NCBI RefSeq assembly: GCF_036321535.1
Contig: NC_087436.1
Location: forward strand, 43,774,001 to 43,838,000
Reading direction: 5' to 3'
Length of the DNA stretch: 64,000 nucleotides
Source of the DNA: Camelus dromedarius
Lineage: Eukaryota
Under the pieces are notes generated by a model. It made no database searches. It saw only the letters and a list, made by a program, of their open reading frames with translations, and was not told the origin of the DNA. Below are positions 25,349 through 38,855 of this stretch, in pieces (the stretch's first letter is position 1; every line of letters starts with the position of its first letter). The translations under genes were made by a program, and so were the position numbers.

Positions 25349-26606
25349 GTAAGTATTACTATGCCCATATTAATTTGTATTAACAAAGAATGAAAGACAT
25401 GTAATACACTGTGAGCAAGAATGCTAACTTTGTGTGGGATTGTTTGATTAAAGAAAACAAAAAGCATCCACCTCTACTTCCTATTATTGTATACAGTGTT
25501 CCTAAAAATGTGTGTGGAAGTTGAATGTACAAGTAAGTATTTCTGTAGTTCAAGCCCCAGAGGGCTAAAAGTATAACAAAATCTTTACCCCTCACTTAAG
25601 TATTTTTTTAAAGTTGAATTTTACATGGTATATCCCTGATTTCTAAAATTATAAATAAGAATTTTTAAAAATAATTAAGTTCTGATTCTCTTGGTTTATT
25701 TAATTCTCTTGGTTTGTTATTCAGATAAGTATATTTAGTAAACAGATCATTTATTTTTACATCAAAAATATCTTGTAGATTTTGCGAGAGATTCTGTGAG
25801 CAGTTGAACAGGAGGATATGACATTCATTTTGAGGATATTTTATCATCTGTCTTGAGAAATTCTTTGTAAGACAGGAGGCTACTAGCCTTACTTTTCTTT
25901 TAATAAAGGAAGCTTTAGTAAGCTGAATCCCTATCCAGCTCTATGAATCTGTAGACATCTCTATACATTTTGATCTCTGGAATAATTTCTGATGGTCGAA
26001 TTTGGTCCATAACTAATTAAAGACACAGCATTTAATGACTCATTTCAAGTATTTCTTATGCATTTTAAACTGGATTTTTTCTTTCAGAACTGAATAAACC
26101 TAGGCAACCAGCTTGAGTCCAGTAAGAGTCTAATTAAGTGAACATATGTCACTTTTTGGATGCATATTTTCATATTTATTGTAGTTGTTTCCTCACCAAT
26201 ATCAGCATTCTAATTTTCTGCTTTCCATATATTTCTCTAAAATAACTGAGGAAGAATTGCAAGAAAATGTTCAAAAATTACACAAATACTACTGTACAGT
26301 GTAAGGCCATCTGCTGATTAAATCGAACTGCTGGCTATCAAGTAGTCTCACCATGCACTGACTCAGAACAGTTGTTCCTGTTCACTAACTGTTGTATCGA
26401 AGTCCAAGTTTGCTTTAGTTACACAATTTATAAAGTAGGAATGAGTGTAATGGTTTAATGGATAAAAGGACCTCTGTAGGTACTTAAGAGTTTATTTTAT
26501 GTCATGTGATTAGGTGAACTCTGAGTTACAAGGACATTTTATAGATTTTTTTTTAATGGCCCATTTTATTTACATTAAATGTTCATTTTCTGCATTCTTT
26601 CTACAG

Positions 26607-26721
26607 CAGTGGTCCATGCATTACTGGTTTGTAATGCTAGCACAGAGCTGACCACTTTGAAAAACATTCAAGACTACTTTAATCCAGCTACTCTACCTCT
26701 AACACAATACCTGTTAACAAT
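26607..26721 (+). CDS. ZGRF1: ZGRF1 exon (VVHALLVCNASTEL...QYLLT)
   Basis: ttctacag(cag) tandem acceptor, AAT|gtaagt donor, 115 nt, phase 1/2. Confidence 0.92.
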
Positions 26722-27790
26722 GTAAGTCATTACTTACCTTTGGGTCATTGATATTAAAAAATAGTGACTAATAGTGAAATTGCAATAGAATTACATTACA
26801 TAAATTTTTGCCAACAAAGTGTTTATTTTCTTTCAGAGATTATGAGAGTACTGATTGTCAGTAGTTAAAAATAAAAAGAAAGGGAATACATACCATGTCC
26901 CAACAACTTACCCATTCCCCTAGCTATCTAGCTAACTAGCTATTGTGGTTGGGGCCTAGTGTTACTGCAGATTGTCTTCATCATGGAATAATTTGTTAAG
27001 GATCTTTGGATTGTTGATTTTATTTTTCTATTTACTTGTACTTTTATGCCACAAATTATTTAACATTTAAAAGAGTCATTTTAGAGGTTGAATCCAGTAT
27101 ATATATTATACTAATTTTATTCTTGACATAACCTATATCTCATTTTTAATTTCTCAAGCACCATGTCCCCTTTTTAAAAATTGGAAATGATGTTGTGTTG
27201 AATTCATTAAAATGATAGAAAAGTCTAGTTTTTAATTTGGAATGTTATAATCTGACTTGCAGTGTTTTCTTTTTTTTTCACCATAAGGAAGTCCTAGGTA
27301 AAAAATAAATATCCCTTATGTTCTTTATCTACTTTGAAATGAATTCAGCCTTAATAGAAATAGAAATAAGACCAATTTATTGCAGATTTACCTGAAATGG
27401 AGGCTATATTTTATCTAAGTCAGTTTTGTATACTAGAACATGGGCCTTAAAGTCAGTATACCACTTATTGGCTAGGTGGTTTCTTGGGAAAAAATGTTAA
27501 TATTTCTGTGTCTCTATGTGAGGTAATTAACTACTTCTTAGTGTTGTTGTGAAGATTATGTCGAGTAATAAGATGCTTAGCATAATGCCAGCACATAGTA
27601 CGTTTTCAACAAATATTAGTTCTCTTCTCTTCTTCCTTCCTCCAAATAGGAGTATATATCCATTTGTGTCTGCAAAAAATGTTCTCTGTGTTGTTTATAA
27701 AGTGAAGGCTAAATTATGAATAGATCTACTCACCTATTTTAAAAGCCCCTCATTAAAAAAATTTTTTTTTATTTGTTGCCTTTTTACTAG

Positions 27791-28053
27791 GTCTTCATCA
27801 ACTACAGAGAGCAACAAGAGAGTCAATAAGAGAAAGTTTATCCCACCAGCCTTCTCAAATATTAACACAAAATCTGAACTACTCAGTCTAGGAGCAACAT
27901 TGCAGTTAGCTAGTGAGTTAATTCAGGCACACAAGTTAAACAAAGATCAAGCTACAGCTCTGATTCGGATAGCTCAGATGATGGCATCACACGAAAGTAT
28001 GGAAGAAGTGACAGAACTGGGAGTTCACACCCTCCCGATCACGATCATACATG
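27791..28053 (+). CDS. ZGRF1: ZGRF1 exon, start of helicase core incl. Q motif (LNKDQ...PITIIH)
   Basis: tttttactag acceptor, ATG|gtaaga donor, 263 nt, phase 2/1. Confidence 0.93.
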
Positions 28054-28753
28054 GTAAGAAGCAAAAAGGAAAATTGTAGTAAACACATGGTTATATAAGC
28101 TATTGTAACCCAGTCTGCTCCTTTGTAATTTCCTAGTCAAACAAGATTCCAGAGTAACTAGATTTTTTTGAATCTGAACCCACCTTAGTAAACTATTAGA
28201 TGAGAGCACAACTCAGCACCCTAAAAGGGAGAACAGGCATCATATCTGATGAATGAGTAGCATTTTACTCTCATTTTCAAAGCATCCAGATTTGATCTAA
28301 ACATCTGTGTGCTCTCTATTAATTAATTCCTAGTCAGCTCACTCCTCTATCCTTCATATAGTAGCTGTTCCAGATCTTCATTGTTCTCATAACCCCATCC
28401 CTGTCCTACCCCACTCTCTCTCTCTGAGATTGATCTCGCCTCTAAAACAGGAAATGGAGTTCATAACAGAAACTCTTTTCCATGTCCTGTCTTCCTTCTC
28501 CAACTTACCTAAGTGTGGACCTATTTTTACTCTTTTGGTTCTGTCCCAATGAGGGAGCTTTACTTTCTCCTCTGTAGAGCTAATTCTTCTGTTTATTTTT
28601 AGGATTCTGTTACCTCTTTAGCTCATTTCCACTCACAGACCTCTTCCCCAAAGCTGTTTTGAGGATTTGCATCACATCCAGCCTGTTGACCAAGCTAGAC
28701 ACTTGGGCATCATCCTAGATTATTCTTTGTCCCAAGAGTAAGTGACTTTCTCT

Positions 28754-28857
28754 TTTTTAAAAAAAAAATTATTTTTTTAATAGAGGTACTGGGATTGAAC
28801 CCAGGACCTTGTGCATGCTAAGCATGTGCTCTACTGCTGAGCTATACCCTCCCCACC
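28754..28857 (-). mobile_element. Vic-1-like tRNA-Ala SINE with 15-bp TSD
   Basis: gaggtactgggattgaacccaggaccttgtgcatgctaagcatg...gagctatacc; taagtga(c/t)tttctct at 28739 and 28858. Confidence 0.88.
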
Positions 28858-28999
28858 TAAGTGATTTTCTCTTGATCCTCCTCCATCTCTATTTATCTTC
28901 CCCCATCAGATCAGTCACTGAGATGTCCCTTCTAGTTTCTACGTATTTTTCATACAGGTTCATTTGTACCCCCTCAATTCAAGCCTTTATCATACCTCC

Positions 29000-29850
29000 C
29001 TATAGCCTCGCTGGTGAGAGTGTGGGTACTAGAGCTAGAATCCTGGATTTATACCCTGGTTCTGTCCTTCATTAGCCCTAAGATCTTAGGCAGGTTACTT
29101 ATCTCTTAGCTTTAATTTTCTACTCTGAAAAATGGGGTTTGATAATAGCACCTGTCTCTCATAGTTGTGGAGGATTAAATGCATTAACATAGGTAAAGGG
29201 TTAGAATGGTGCCTGGCACATGAGAGGTGCTTAGTAAAGTTAATATGTATTATTGGTACAATTAGCTCACACAGCTTTCTAATTGATCCTCCTTTAGTTT
29301 TACCTTTCTTCTTATTTTCACTCTAGAATTCTAAAACACAGTCTGATTAAGTCAGTTCCATTGCTTAATATCCTTCACTGACTTCCCCTGGCCTTTAAAA
29401 TAGAATTCAAACTTGCAGCCATAGCCAGCAGAACTCTTGTGATTTATCCCTTTGCCTCCCTTGTCAGACAGCCTCGTCTCTTGCCTATTTGCTGTGTAGG
29501 CTGTCTAGAAATACTCATCAGCTGCATGCTTTGTCAGGCCTCTGCCTAGAATGATCCTTTCTTAAAGAGTCAGGATGTCTTATTCTGAAAGACTTAGTTC
29601 TGCTACTTTTTTATTTTTAGGAGGCATTCTCATCTCCACCAAAGCAGAGGGAAATGGTTCTTTCTCTGATACCATAACAATGTTACTGTATCATTTTATC
29701 ATTGTTCTTTACTTGATATCTTCCTAAGTAGACTATGGTCTCATTAAATGTAAAGTCTTTTGAATATTTATCTTCGTATTTATTATCCCTTGTGCTAATT
29801 AAGCCATATAGTAGGCATTCCGTTAATTTGTTTTAATAAATTAATTAAAT
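29000..29850 (+). mobile_element. MIR followed by L2 3' fragment
   Basis: MIR core (ttaggcaggttactt...gtgcctggcacatg) then L2 end (gtaggcattc...atttgttttaataaattaatt). Confidence 0.65.
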
Positions 29851-29947
29851 GAAGGAGAGAGGGAGATAGGTGGGTGAAATATTTCTTGTGCTTTTCAGAA
29901 ATTTATGACATTGCCTTTATTTTTTCCCCTTCCCTCAATATAATTAG

Positions 29948-30107
29948 GTGTTTTTGGAGCAGGAAAGAGTTATTTGCTGGCAGTGGTGGTTTTGTTTTTT
30001 GTGCAGCTATTTGAAAAGAGTGAAGCTCTCACAGTTGAAAATAAAAGACCATGGAAACTTTTAATTTCTTCTTCAACTAATGTAGCCGTCGACAGAGTAC
30101 TTCTTGG
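29948..30107 (+). CDS. ZGRF1: ZGRF1 exon with Walker A (GVFGAGKS) and motif Ia (SSSTNVAVD)
   Basis: SF1 helicase motifs; taattag acceptor, TGG|gtaggt donor, 160 nt, phase 1/2. Confidence 0.95.
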
Positions 30108-32043
30108 GTAGGTATGGCAGGTGTATTTATGTAGCTAAATGTTTTAGGCTATTGGTATAAAAACAGTGGATCCCCACACTCAGTGTTCCTTCCCTACAGC
30201 TCATTCCACTGAAGGACAGGCATCCAGCTGGACTCTGTGTCTCCTTACAAGACTTGGGGACCAAGGGAAACACTGCTGTTATGTTGATGCTTCTTATGCT
30301 GCTTCCTGGGCCCTGAGTAAAAGCCCTTTGTCTCTGACCCAGGAACCTTGGAAGCAGGCTAAGATCGCAGAACCAAGTTACAGGTTATTCTCTTGTCCAC
30401 CTGCCTGTATGAACAAATAATACTAAAATAGCTGAAGAAAAATTTAATTGTTTTTGATTTCAATAAGAGAGATCTACCTTTAATTTTAACTTTGCCCCAT
30501 CCTTGTGCTGAAATTGTGAGGTTTTATATTTGACTTTATCCTACTTACAAACTAATCAGTTAGCCTATTACTGTTGCATGAAAAACAATAGCACAATCTG
30601 TTCTGCAGGTGTAAAATTTTTGTGATTATGTAAGATTTGATTACAAATATTATATAATGTTTTACTGGTATTCCAGTATTTACTGATCTGAATTTCAACA
30701 TAAACAACAAAGTTTGATTAGGAGAAATAATCTATTATTTATAAGTGTAGGCTTTTTAAAATTAACTTTTATAATTATATAGGTTAATGCTTACAGTGGA
30801 AAATATGCAGACAGTACAGATACTATTTTATTATATTATTAAAGACTTTTTATACACATACACACTCATTTTGTTTTCCAAACTTGGTACTCAACAGTAT
30901 ATATTGTTTGTATCTTGCTCTTTTTATTCAAAGATTATTTCTCTATCATATTAAATCTTCTTAGAAAGCAAACTTTCATAGCTCTGTTATGTGCAGTGAT
31001 TTTGCCTCTGCTATATTTTAAGCGATTTTTGATCACTAAGTTCTTCCCAAATTTTTCTCATTTTAAATAATACTGTGACGAAGATCCTTAAACATAAATC
31101 TTTGTCTTTGTTTCTGATTCTTTTCTGAGGAAAAAGTCCTAGGCCTACAATGAAAGATATGAACATTTTTAAATTTCTTAATGTACTTTGCAAGATTGCC
31201 CTCCGGAAAGGTACTACTTGTGTGTACTCTTCTAAGTAATCTAAAGTAGTGGCTGAGGACATTTTTTGATTCAAGACAATGAAGAGTTAACCTGGGGACT
31301 AAACAGGAGAGAACTGTAGATTGCTTGGCCTGAGATTAATTTTTTTTTTAATTGAAGTTTAGTCAATTTACAATGTTGTATTAATTTCTGGTGTACAGCA
31401 TAGTGATTCATTTATATTTATAGCTAGAGCTATAAGATACATAAGAGGGAAGGGCAGGGTGAGGGTTTGCTTCTTTACAAAGCCTTACTTGGGGGTAATG
31501 TATGTAGAAGAATCATCACAGATAGCCTTTGGGGGTAGACAGACTTGCCTAGCTTAGAATCAATGGCTGACTCCACTTGTTAGCTGTGTGGCCTCAGCAA
31601 AATACCTGATTTCTGAGTTTCAGTGTTCTCATCTCTAAGATGAAAAACTATGTAGAGCTGTAATGAGTATTAAGATAATGTATGTAAAGAGGCTAACACT
31701 CTTATACCAAACTTGATGCTAAATATATGATAGTTCTTTCACATTATGTCTTTAGGGGTAATTTTATTTGTGATAAAATACTAACATCTATATTTTATGA
31801 ACATTTAATGAGCCCTCAACATAAGATAATACATATTTAAAAACTGTCTATGAAATGCATTTTATAAGTCTTTCAGCTACATTGCATTTACTTTTGAGTT
31901 TAGGCATTTGACATTGAACTATGTAACAATAAAATATACCGTTACACAAAATTGATTCTAGTAATGTAAATATTATATGAAATTTTGTTTTATACTCTAC
32001 TTTCTAAATAATCAGAATCTATTTTACCTTGTTTTCTTTAAAG

Positions 32044-32121
32044 GCTTCTTAGTCTTGGATTTGAAAAGTTTGTCAGAGTTGGGAGTATCAGGAAGATTGC
32101 CAAGCCGGTTTTACCTTACAG
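32044..32121 (+). CDS. ZGRF1: ZGRF1 exon (LLSLGFEKFVRVGSIRKIAKPVLPY)
   Basis: ttctttaaag acceptor, CAG|gtgaga donor, 78 nt, phase 2/2. Confidence 0.93.
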
Positions 32122-32308
32122 GTGAGAATCCGGAATTCTAAAAGTCACAGAATGGTCACATATGATGTTATACAACTCTTACCTTAAATTTGGTTTTTGA
32201 AGAGGAGTCAAGAAGGCCTTATCTTTTTCTTGACTAATTTAGAAAATCTGTATTTACTTGCTATTAAAATGGATAAAGGGGTATTCTTTTATGTAATTCT
32301 TTTTTTAG

Positions 32309-32456
32309 TTTGCATGCTGGCTCAGAAAATGAAAGTGAACAATTAAAAGAACTGCATGCACTAATGAAGGAAGACCTGACTCCTATGGAAAGAGTCTATG
32401 TGAGAAAAAGTATTGAGCAGCATAAACTGGGGACCAATAAAACCCTGCTGAAGCAG
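32309..32456 (+). CDS. ZGRF1: ZGRF1 exon (LHAGSENESEQLKE...TLLKQ)
   Basis: ttttttag acceptor, CAG|gtgagg donor, 148 nt, phase 2/0; matches ORF 32310..32534. Confidence 0.93.
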
Positions 32457-33194
32457 GTGAGGGGAAATAGCTCTTTAAACTTATTTTATTTAATCTATAT
32501 ATACTGTTACAGATTCCTTTTTCACTCCTATTGATGGGAATATTATTCCTATTTGTTTCCTTGACATAAACATGACTGTGATAACTTAGATTCAACTAAG
32601 GTGTGCAGATGTCTGTCTAGTGCACGTTTTGTTTTATTGCAAAGCATTCTTTGACTGTGAACACATCCAACTCATCATGACAGAGTCATCTTTTCTCTTT
32701 CTCCCTATATGTGTATCATTTGTAGGCTTAAGAGGAAAGTAAAAAGGTGAAAATAGATTCCCGGCAAGTTAAATGTAACTTGGCTTTTTTCTAGGAAATA
32801 TAGAGGAAGAAAAACTGACACTGGGCCAAATATCCAAGTGAAATTTATCTTTCATGCTCTGCTACAAAATCAGGACTTTAAGGGTCTGTCTGAAATCTAT
32901 CCCAAGAATCTAGGAGGCTCAGACACTTGTTTCCAGGTATCAGGAGCCAACACTGGAAACAGGATCCCAGTCTACAGCAAGTAGCATCATCTCCTTTATG
33001 AAGTTCTGATCTAGGCCAACCTGGGCATCAGCTGGTAGGAGAGAAAGAAGTCACTTAGTAGCTTCTTCCCGTGAAAGGACAGCATGGGGAAAAGAAAAGG
33101 AGTGGAGGAAAAGAGGGTTGTTGGCCAGTTGGACCATGTGGACATTGGTCACTTTCGGAAAGAGATTTGGGACAATCTACCTGCCTGGGACCCT

Positions 33195-33605
33195 GTTTTG
33201 GTCAGCTAAAATAATGCTACTGAACAAACAAAATCTCAGTACTTAAGACAACAAACTTAATGGCTCTGCAGGGTCAATTGGTTTGGCTCACTTGAGAGTA
33301 TGGGTCAAGCTGCTCATTCTGAGAACAGTTGTGGCATGATGGCCTTCTGACAGCAGAAGGGCAAGAGGGCAGGCTAGGTCACACAAATACCTGTAAAGCT
33401 TCTGTTCATATCATGTCTGCTAACATTCCATTTGCTGTAACGTAGTAAGTCATATGACCAAGCCCAGCATCAGTGGGGCAGCAAAATATACTGCACCTAC
33501 TTTTCTGGTGGGAAGCACTGCAAAGTCACACAGCAAAGGGTGTGGGTGAGTAGTACTCTCGTGGAGAGGGAGGGAGAAATTGGTAATAATAACCAATCTA
33601 TGACA
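33195..33605 (-). mobile_element. Old MaLR LTR (MLT1-type)
   Basis: ctgctaacattccatt...aagtcatatgaccaagcccagcatcagtggggcag MLT1 motifs. Confidence 0.65.
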
Positions 33606-35307
33606 AGTTCTAGAAGTCCTCAGACTAGCGTTTTATTATCTGATTTACAGAGTTAACTTTCCTCCCTTCTCCCCAGCCAAATCCAAAAGGGCTTAGTTTG
33701 ACTATGTTCAGTTAATGCAAATTAGTCACTTATGTAAACTGCTTACATCCTTACCCAACATAATATTGATATGTAAGAATTGTTATGGTTTCTTTGATAA
33801 TTTTCTAAGTGAAAGCCCAGTTACTATAATCTATTGCTCATTGGTATCACCTATTCATAAATGGAAACTCTTTTAGAAGAAACATTTTTTAAAACATTTT
33901 CTCTAGCAAATTTCCACAGTCCAATTAGGCATTCAGACCTGACACACTCCTAAAGTGATACGTCTATACAATAAAACTAATTTATAAAAATGCTACATAG
34001 TTCATACTCCTTCTTAGATCAATAATAAAAATCTCTTTTGCTGTTAGACTCTTAGCAATATGATAAATTAAAAGATACAAATAATGTATTTTAAAGAAAA
34101 ATTTATTTCTTTAGGTTTTTTTATTAGATATTTCTTTAAATAAATTACTTATTGAACACAACTTTGAGGTTCTCATTCTAAAGTGGTTTTGTCAGCTATA
34201 GTTACCAGAAATCAGATACAAATGATATGAGGGTGGTATCAAGAGCAGTGTATATTGCTACAGGGGTGTCTGTCTTCTGCTAGATCATTTTAAAAGAACT
34301 GAATGTTTAAAAACTGGGGTTTCTAATATAAGTGTAGCTTTAGGATTTTTGTTTTTGTTTTTAGCAGAAGAAGGAAAACCTGACAGAGGGCTATTGTATG
34401 TGATAAGTGTTCTTTATTACTATAATATTTTCTTCACATGATCTATAGAGGTCGTATTTAATTATTAAAGCCTAGTTTGTCAATCACATTTATTGACAAA
34501 AGATACAGTCACTTTGTGTGGCCTGGCCTTGCTACCAAGGAATTGTAACTATATTTCAGATTGTTAGAGGAGGAAAAAGTATGTGTGTGTGTATACACAT
34601 ATTGTATACATATACACACACAGTTACGTGTGTGTGTATTTGTGTAGATACTGGATACTAGGCCAATGACCACATCCAACTGGAAAAGTCACTGATTTTC
34701 CTCTTGTTTATATTTAGTCCCAGAGGTTAAGTATTAGCTTTCTCAGGCTTTTTGCCTTGAGAATGGTATTCTACTGTAATATTAAAGACTTATAAGATTC
34801 AAATAAACTTACAGGCTACAATTACACTTTAATTTACTATTGTTATTAATTAATTAGCCATCTTTACCTTAAATAAGTCAAAATACCAATGTGCTTGAAG
34901 GTTAAGAAAATGCACGTGGTTCACTAGCATGTTCAGTGTTCTTTGTGGAGAACTTTGGCCTGTGTTGATAATAATGCATGTTATTACTCAGCCTCATCCA
35001 GAAGGATAAAATTGGTCTGTTATTCTTGATATTTTTAAACCCATGACATTATAATACCTTTCTTCTGAGTATCAAATACGTCTTTTATTTGTCCTTATTA
35101 ATGGACTTGTGGCCTAAGTAGTCTGAATCCTGTGATTTCTGTTTATGTGAGAATAATGAAAAGGTGGTGATAAAATGGTCTGTGATTTCAGATTGCCAGT
35201 AATTAAATTAGGACTAGCTGATTTCTGATTTTAGCCTACAAGTTCTTTGGTAAATATAGTCTCTTATTTTTTTAGTAGTTATAATGAATATTTATATTGT
35301 AAAAAAG

Positions 35308-35435
35308 GTTCGAGTAGTTGGAGTTACCTGTGCAGCCTGCCCGTTTCCATGCATGAATGATCTTAAATTTCCTGTGGTTGTACTGGATGAGTGCAGTCAA
35401 ATAACTGAGCCAGCGTCTCTCCTTCCCATTGCAAG
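35308..35435 (+). CDS. ZGRF1: ZGRF1 exon with Walker B (VVVLDECSQITEP)
   Basis: DExxQ motif of UPF1-like helicases; atypical gtaaaaaag acceptor, AAG|gtaacc donor, 128 nt, phase 0/2. Confidence 0.92.
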
Positions 35436-36044
35436 GTAACCTGAAAGGTTCTTTTCCCAAAGCACTCAGATGTTAACAATTTTTCAAACATTTCCTCAGT
35501 TCAAACTCTTAGCAAACTTAAGTAAAAATTCCTAGCAATGCAAGTACTAAACTGATTTTTTAAAAGAATGCAGAGGGAAATTTGGGGGGGTTAATGTATC
35601 AAAATTTTGTTAGATCACAGTTTAGATATTTGGATCACGTAATCCTTAAAGCTTTGATAGCTCTATTGCTAGAATTCTACTTAGAACCTTGCAGATTTTT
35701 CAACCAGGCTGAAGGTGTTTATTTAGTCATAGTTTTACAAACCTAACTGCTGAAGAATATTCTTCATTTGCCTTACCTTGGTATAATTCCAGAGTTCAGG
35801 TTCTAAAAATATTTTTTAGATTATGAAAGGATATAAAATATATGAAGGAAAATAAGTTGAAAATGAAAATTTGTCTACTAAAATTTAGAAGACTGTGACA
35901 TCTTCTAAGCTGTCTCAGTCAGTTGAAATGTTGTGCTTTTAAAGCATCTCTTACTGAGGAATCCTAAAGGTAGTAGAAGGAATACTAGACTCAGACTCAG
36001 TAGGCTTGAGTTCTAGTCCTTGTTTTGTCCCCAGGTAATGAGAG

Positions 36045-36157
36045 TAGGGTATCAACTGTCATGATGTGTCCAAAATTTGGGAGATTCCTGCATTGTGGGG
36101 CTTTCAGTGTTTAAACTGGGACAGTCCTAGGCAAACCAGGATGAGTCGGTCACCCTA
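36045..36157 (-). mobile_element. hAT-Blackjack MITE (MER81-like)
   Basis: 113 bp with TIRs tagggt...ggtcacccta and internal ggcaaaccaggatgag. Confidence 0.75.
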
Positions 36158-36811
36158 CTCAGGAGCCAGGAATGGAGGAACAGTAAGGCCCCGCAGGGGG
36201 GAGGAGGAGTAATACTTGCAGAGCACCTACTGTATACTAAACACATTACATACTTGGTTAAATCCTTACAACATCCATGCAAGGTATTATTACATCAAGG
36301 TTACTGATAAGACCAAAGCTTGTAGAAATTAAATAACTTGCTCTGACCATAGAATATAATAGAGCTAAAAATTTGAAATAGATTTTTCTATAAAATCTTT
36401 TCCCCACTGCATCCTACTCCTATTAGAAAGACATTTAACCCGAAAGCCTAATTTACTTCATCTCTAAAGTGAGACTTGAATCTAAATGACTTCTGAAAAA
36501 GCTTCTAAGTTTATAGTTTCTAAAAATCTTAATTTCTCAAAGTGTGTTCTTTGAAATACTAATCTCTTGCAGAGGCCAGGGACACTTACTAGGTTTTATG
36601 TGGGAAAAAATTAAGTTCTGTAAAGGATTCTTCAATGAATAACTTTTCAAAGCCCTTTAATACACTTGTTGGCGATATTAAGCCTTGCTAGTTCTCAGAA
36701 CGCTTAATGGTATTCAAATTCTTTGAAATACATTTTAGAAAAGAAGGCAATAAATGATGTCAGTGCATGCTTTCTCATTGCTTCGATTAATTTGTGGAAT
36801 TCTGTTTCTAG

Positions 36812-36935
36812 GTTTGAGTGTGAAAAGCTGATTCTTGTTGGAGATCCCAAACAGCTTCCTCCTACTATTCAGGGTTCTGATGCAGCTCATGAAAATGGAT
36901 TGGAACAAACGCTTTTTGATCGACTTTGCTTGATG
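36812..36935 (+). CDS. ZGRF1: ZGRF1 exon with motif III (LVGDPKQLPPT)
   Basis: GDxxQLPP motif; gtttctag acceptor, ATG|gtacta donor, 124 nt, phase 2/0. Confidence 0.95.
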
Positions 36936-37229
36936 GTACTACTGCTGAATTCATACAGAATGATCATTTATTGATTATACACTGTGGAGTTTGATAGAAA
37001 ATGAAAATATTAGAAGACCGAGTCCTTGCCCTAAAATTTTTTTTAACTGGAGGTGTTTAGAAAGTGCTCATCCTAAAGATAAGTAGAACCCTGTAATTTA
37101 AGAATAAAATGAATCTTTTACCTGTGAGTATATTGCTTTTGCTCTAAAATTTTAAGAAATCTGTAATGTGTCTGTTACCCATGTCTCTATGGTAGAGCTC
37201 TACTTCATGTTTTTTTAAATTTTTAAATT

Positions 37230-38855
37230 ATTAGTATATTTTAAAGTTGAGGTGTCATTCACATAACATAAATTAACCATTTAAAATGAATAATTCAGTG
37301 GCATTTTCGTACACCCATGATGCTGTGCAGTAACTACCTCTGTCTAGTTCCAAAGCATTTTTATCACCCCAAAATAAAGCTGCACCCATTTAGCAGTTTC
37401 TCTCCATTCCCTCCTCCTTCCAGCCCCTGGGAGCCACCTGTCTGCTTTCAGTCTATATGGATTTACCTATTCTGGATATTTCATATCATACAGTCTTACG
37501 ATTTTCATATCATACAATATGTGACCTTTTGTGTCTGGCTTTTTTCACTTAGCACATTTTTGAGGTTCACCCACATTAGCAGCACATCAGTACTTTTTAC
37601 TTTTTTTTTTTTTTTTAAGTACATTCTTGGTGTAGTGCAACCATCACCCTGTCCTTTTCCAGAACTTTTTCATCATCCCAACAGAAACTTTGTACCTATT
37701 AAACAGTAATTCCTCATCCCCCTCTCTCCTTGAGCCCCTGGTAGCGTCTGTTCTCCTTTCTGTCTCTATATTTGCCTATTATAGGTGCTGCATGTAAGTA
37801 GAATCATACAGTAGTTTTCCTTCTGTGTCTGGCTTATTTACCTAGCATGGTGTTTTCAAGGTTTGTACATATTGTAGTAAAGTGTCAGAATTTTATTCCT
37901 TGTTAAAGCTAAATAATATTCCATTGTATATGTATACCACAATTTATCTACTCATCTGTTGATGGACATTTGGGTTGTTTCCACCTCTCAGCTATTGTGA
38001 ATGATGCTGCTATGAAAATTGGTATTAATTATATGTTCAGATCTCTGCTTTCAGGGTGGTTTTTTTGTTTTTTTGATTATACATCCAGAAATACAACTGC
38101 TGGGTCTGATGGTAATTCTGTGTTTAATGAGGAACTGCCAGACTTTTCCATAGCAGCTGCACCATTTTACATTCCCAACAGCAATGTACAAGGGCTCTGA
38201 TTTCTCCTCATCTTCATCTACACTTGTTATTTTTCAGTTTTTTTGATAATAGCTATCTTAATGATTGGGTGTGAAGTGGTATCTTATTGGAGTTTCCCTA
38301 ATGACTAACGATGTTGAGCATCTTTTCATGCACTTATCTTTGAAAAAATGCCTATTCAAGTCCTTTGCCTATTTTTGAATTGAGTTGTTTCTGTTGTTGA
38401 GTTGTAGGAGTTCGCTATATATTCTGGATATTAATCTCTTATCAGAAATATGATTTGCAAATATTTTCTTCCATTTGATGGGTCTTTTCATTTTCTTGAT
38501 AATGTCCTTTGAGGTTCATAATTTTGATGAATCCAGTTAATCTAGTTTTTCTTGTGTTGCTTGTGCTTTTGGTGACATATCTGTGAAATTGTAGTCTTTG
38601 ATCCATTTGCAGTTAATTTTTGTGTCTGATAAGGTGCATGTATCAAATTAGAGTTTTCATTTTTTTCAGATATATACCCAAGATTGGGATTGCTGGATCA
38701 TATGGTAGCTCTGTTTTTAGTTTTTTGAGGGGCTCCATACTGTTCTCCATAGTGACTGTACCAATTTATATCCCACCAGCCGTGCAGGAGGCTTGCTTTT
38801 CTCCACACTCTCTCCAGCATTTATTATTTGTAGACTTTTTGATGATGGTTATATC
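37230..38855 (-). mobile_element. L1 (L1MB-like) antisense fragments plus a younger L1 piece at about 38630-38850
   Basis: Classic antisense L1 phrases (gatggacatttgggttgtttccacc..., gatgttgagcatcttttcatg). Confidence 0.85.

Noticed and set aside
30120..30350. 84-aa ORF and possible ERVL-type LTR fragment just after the Walker A exon
   Set aside because: ORF has no support; LTR resemblance too weak to assign without a Dfam search
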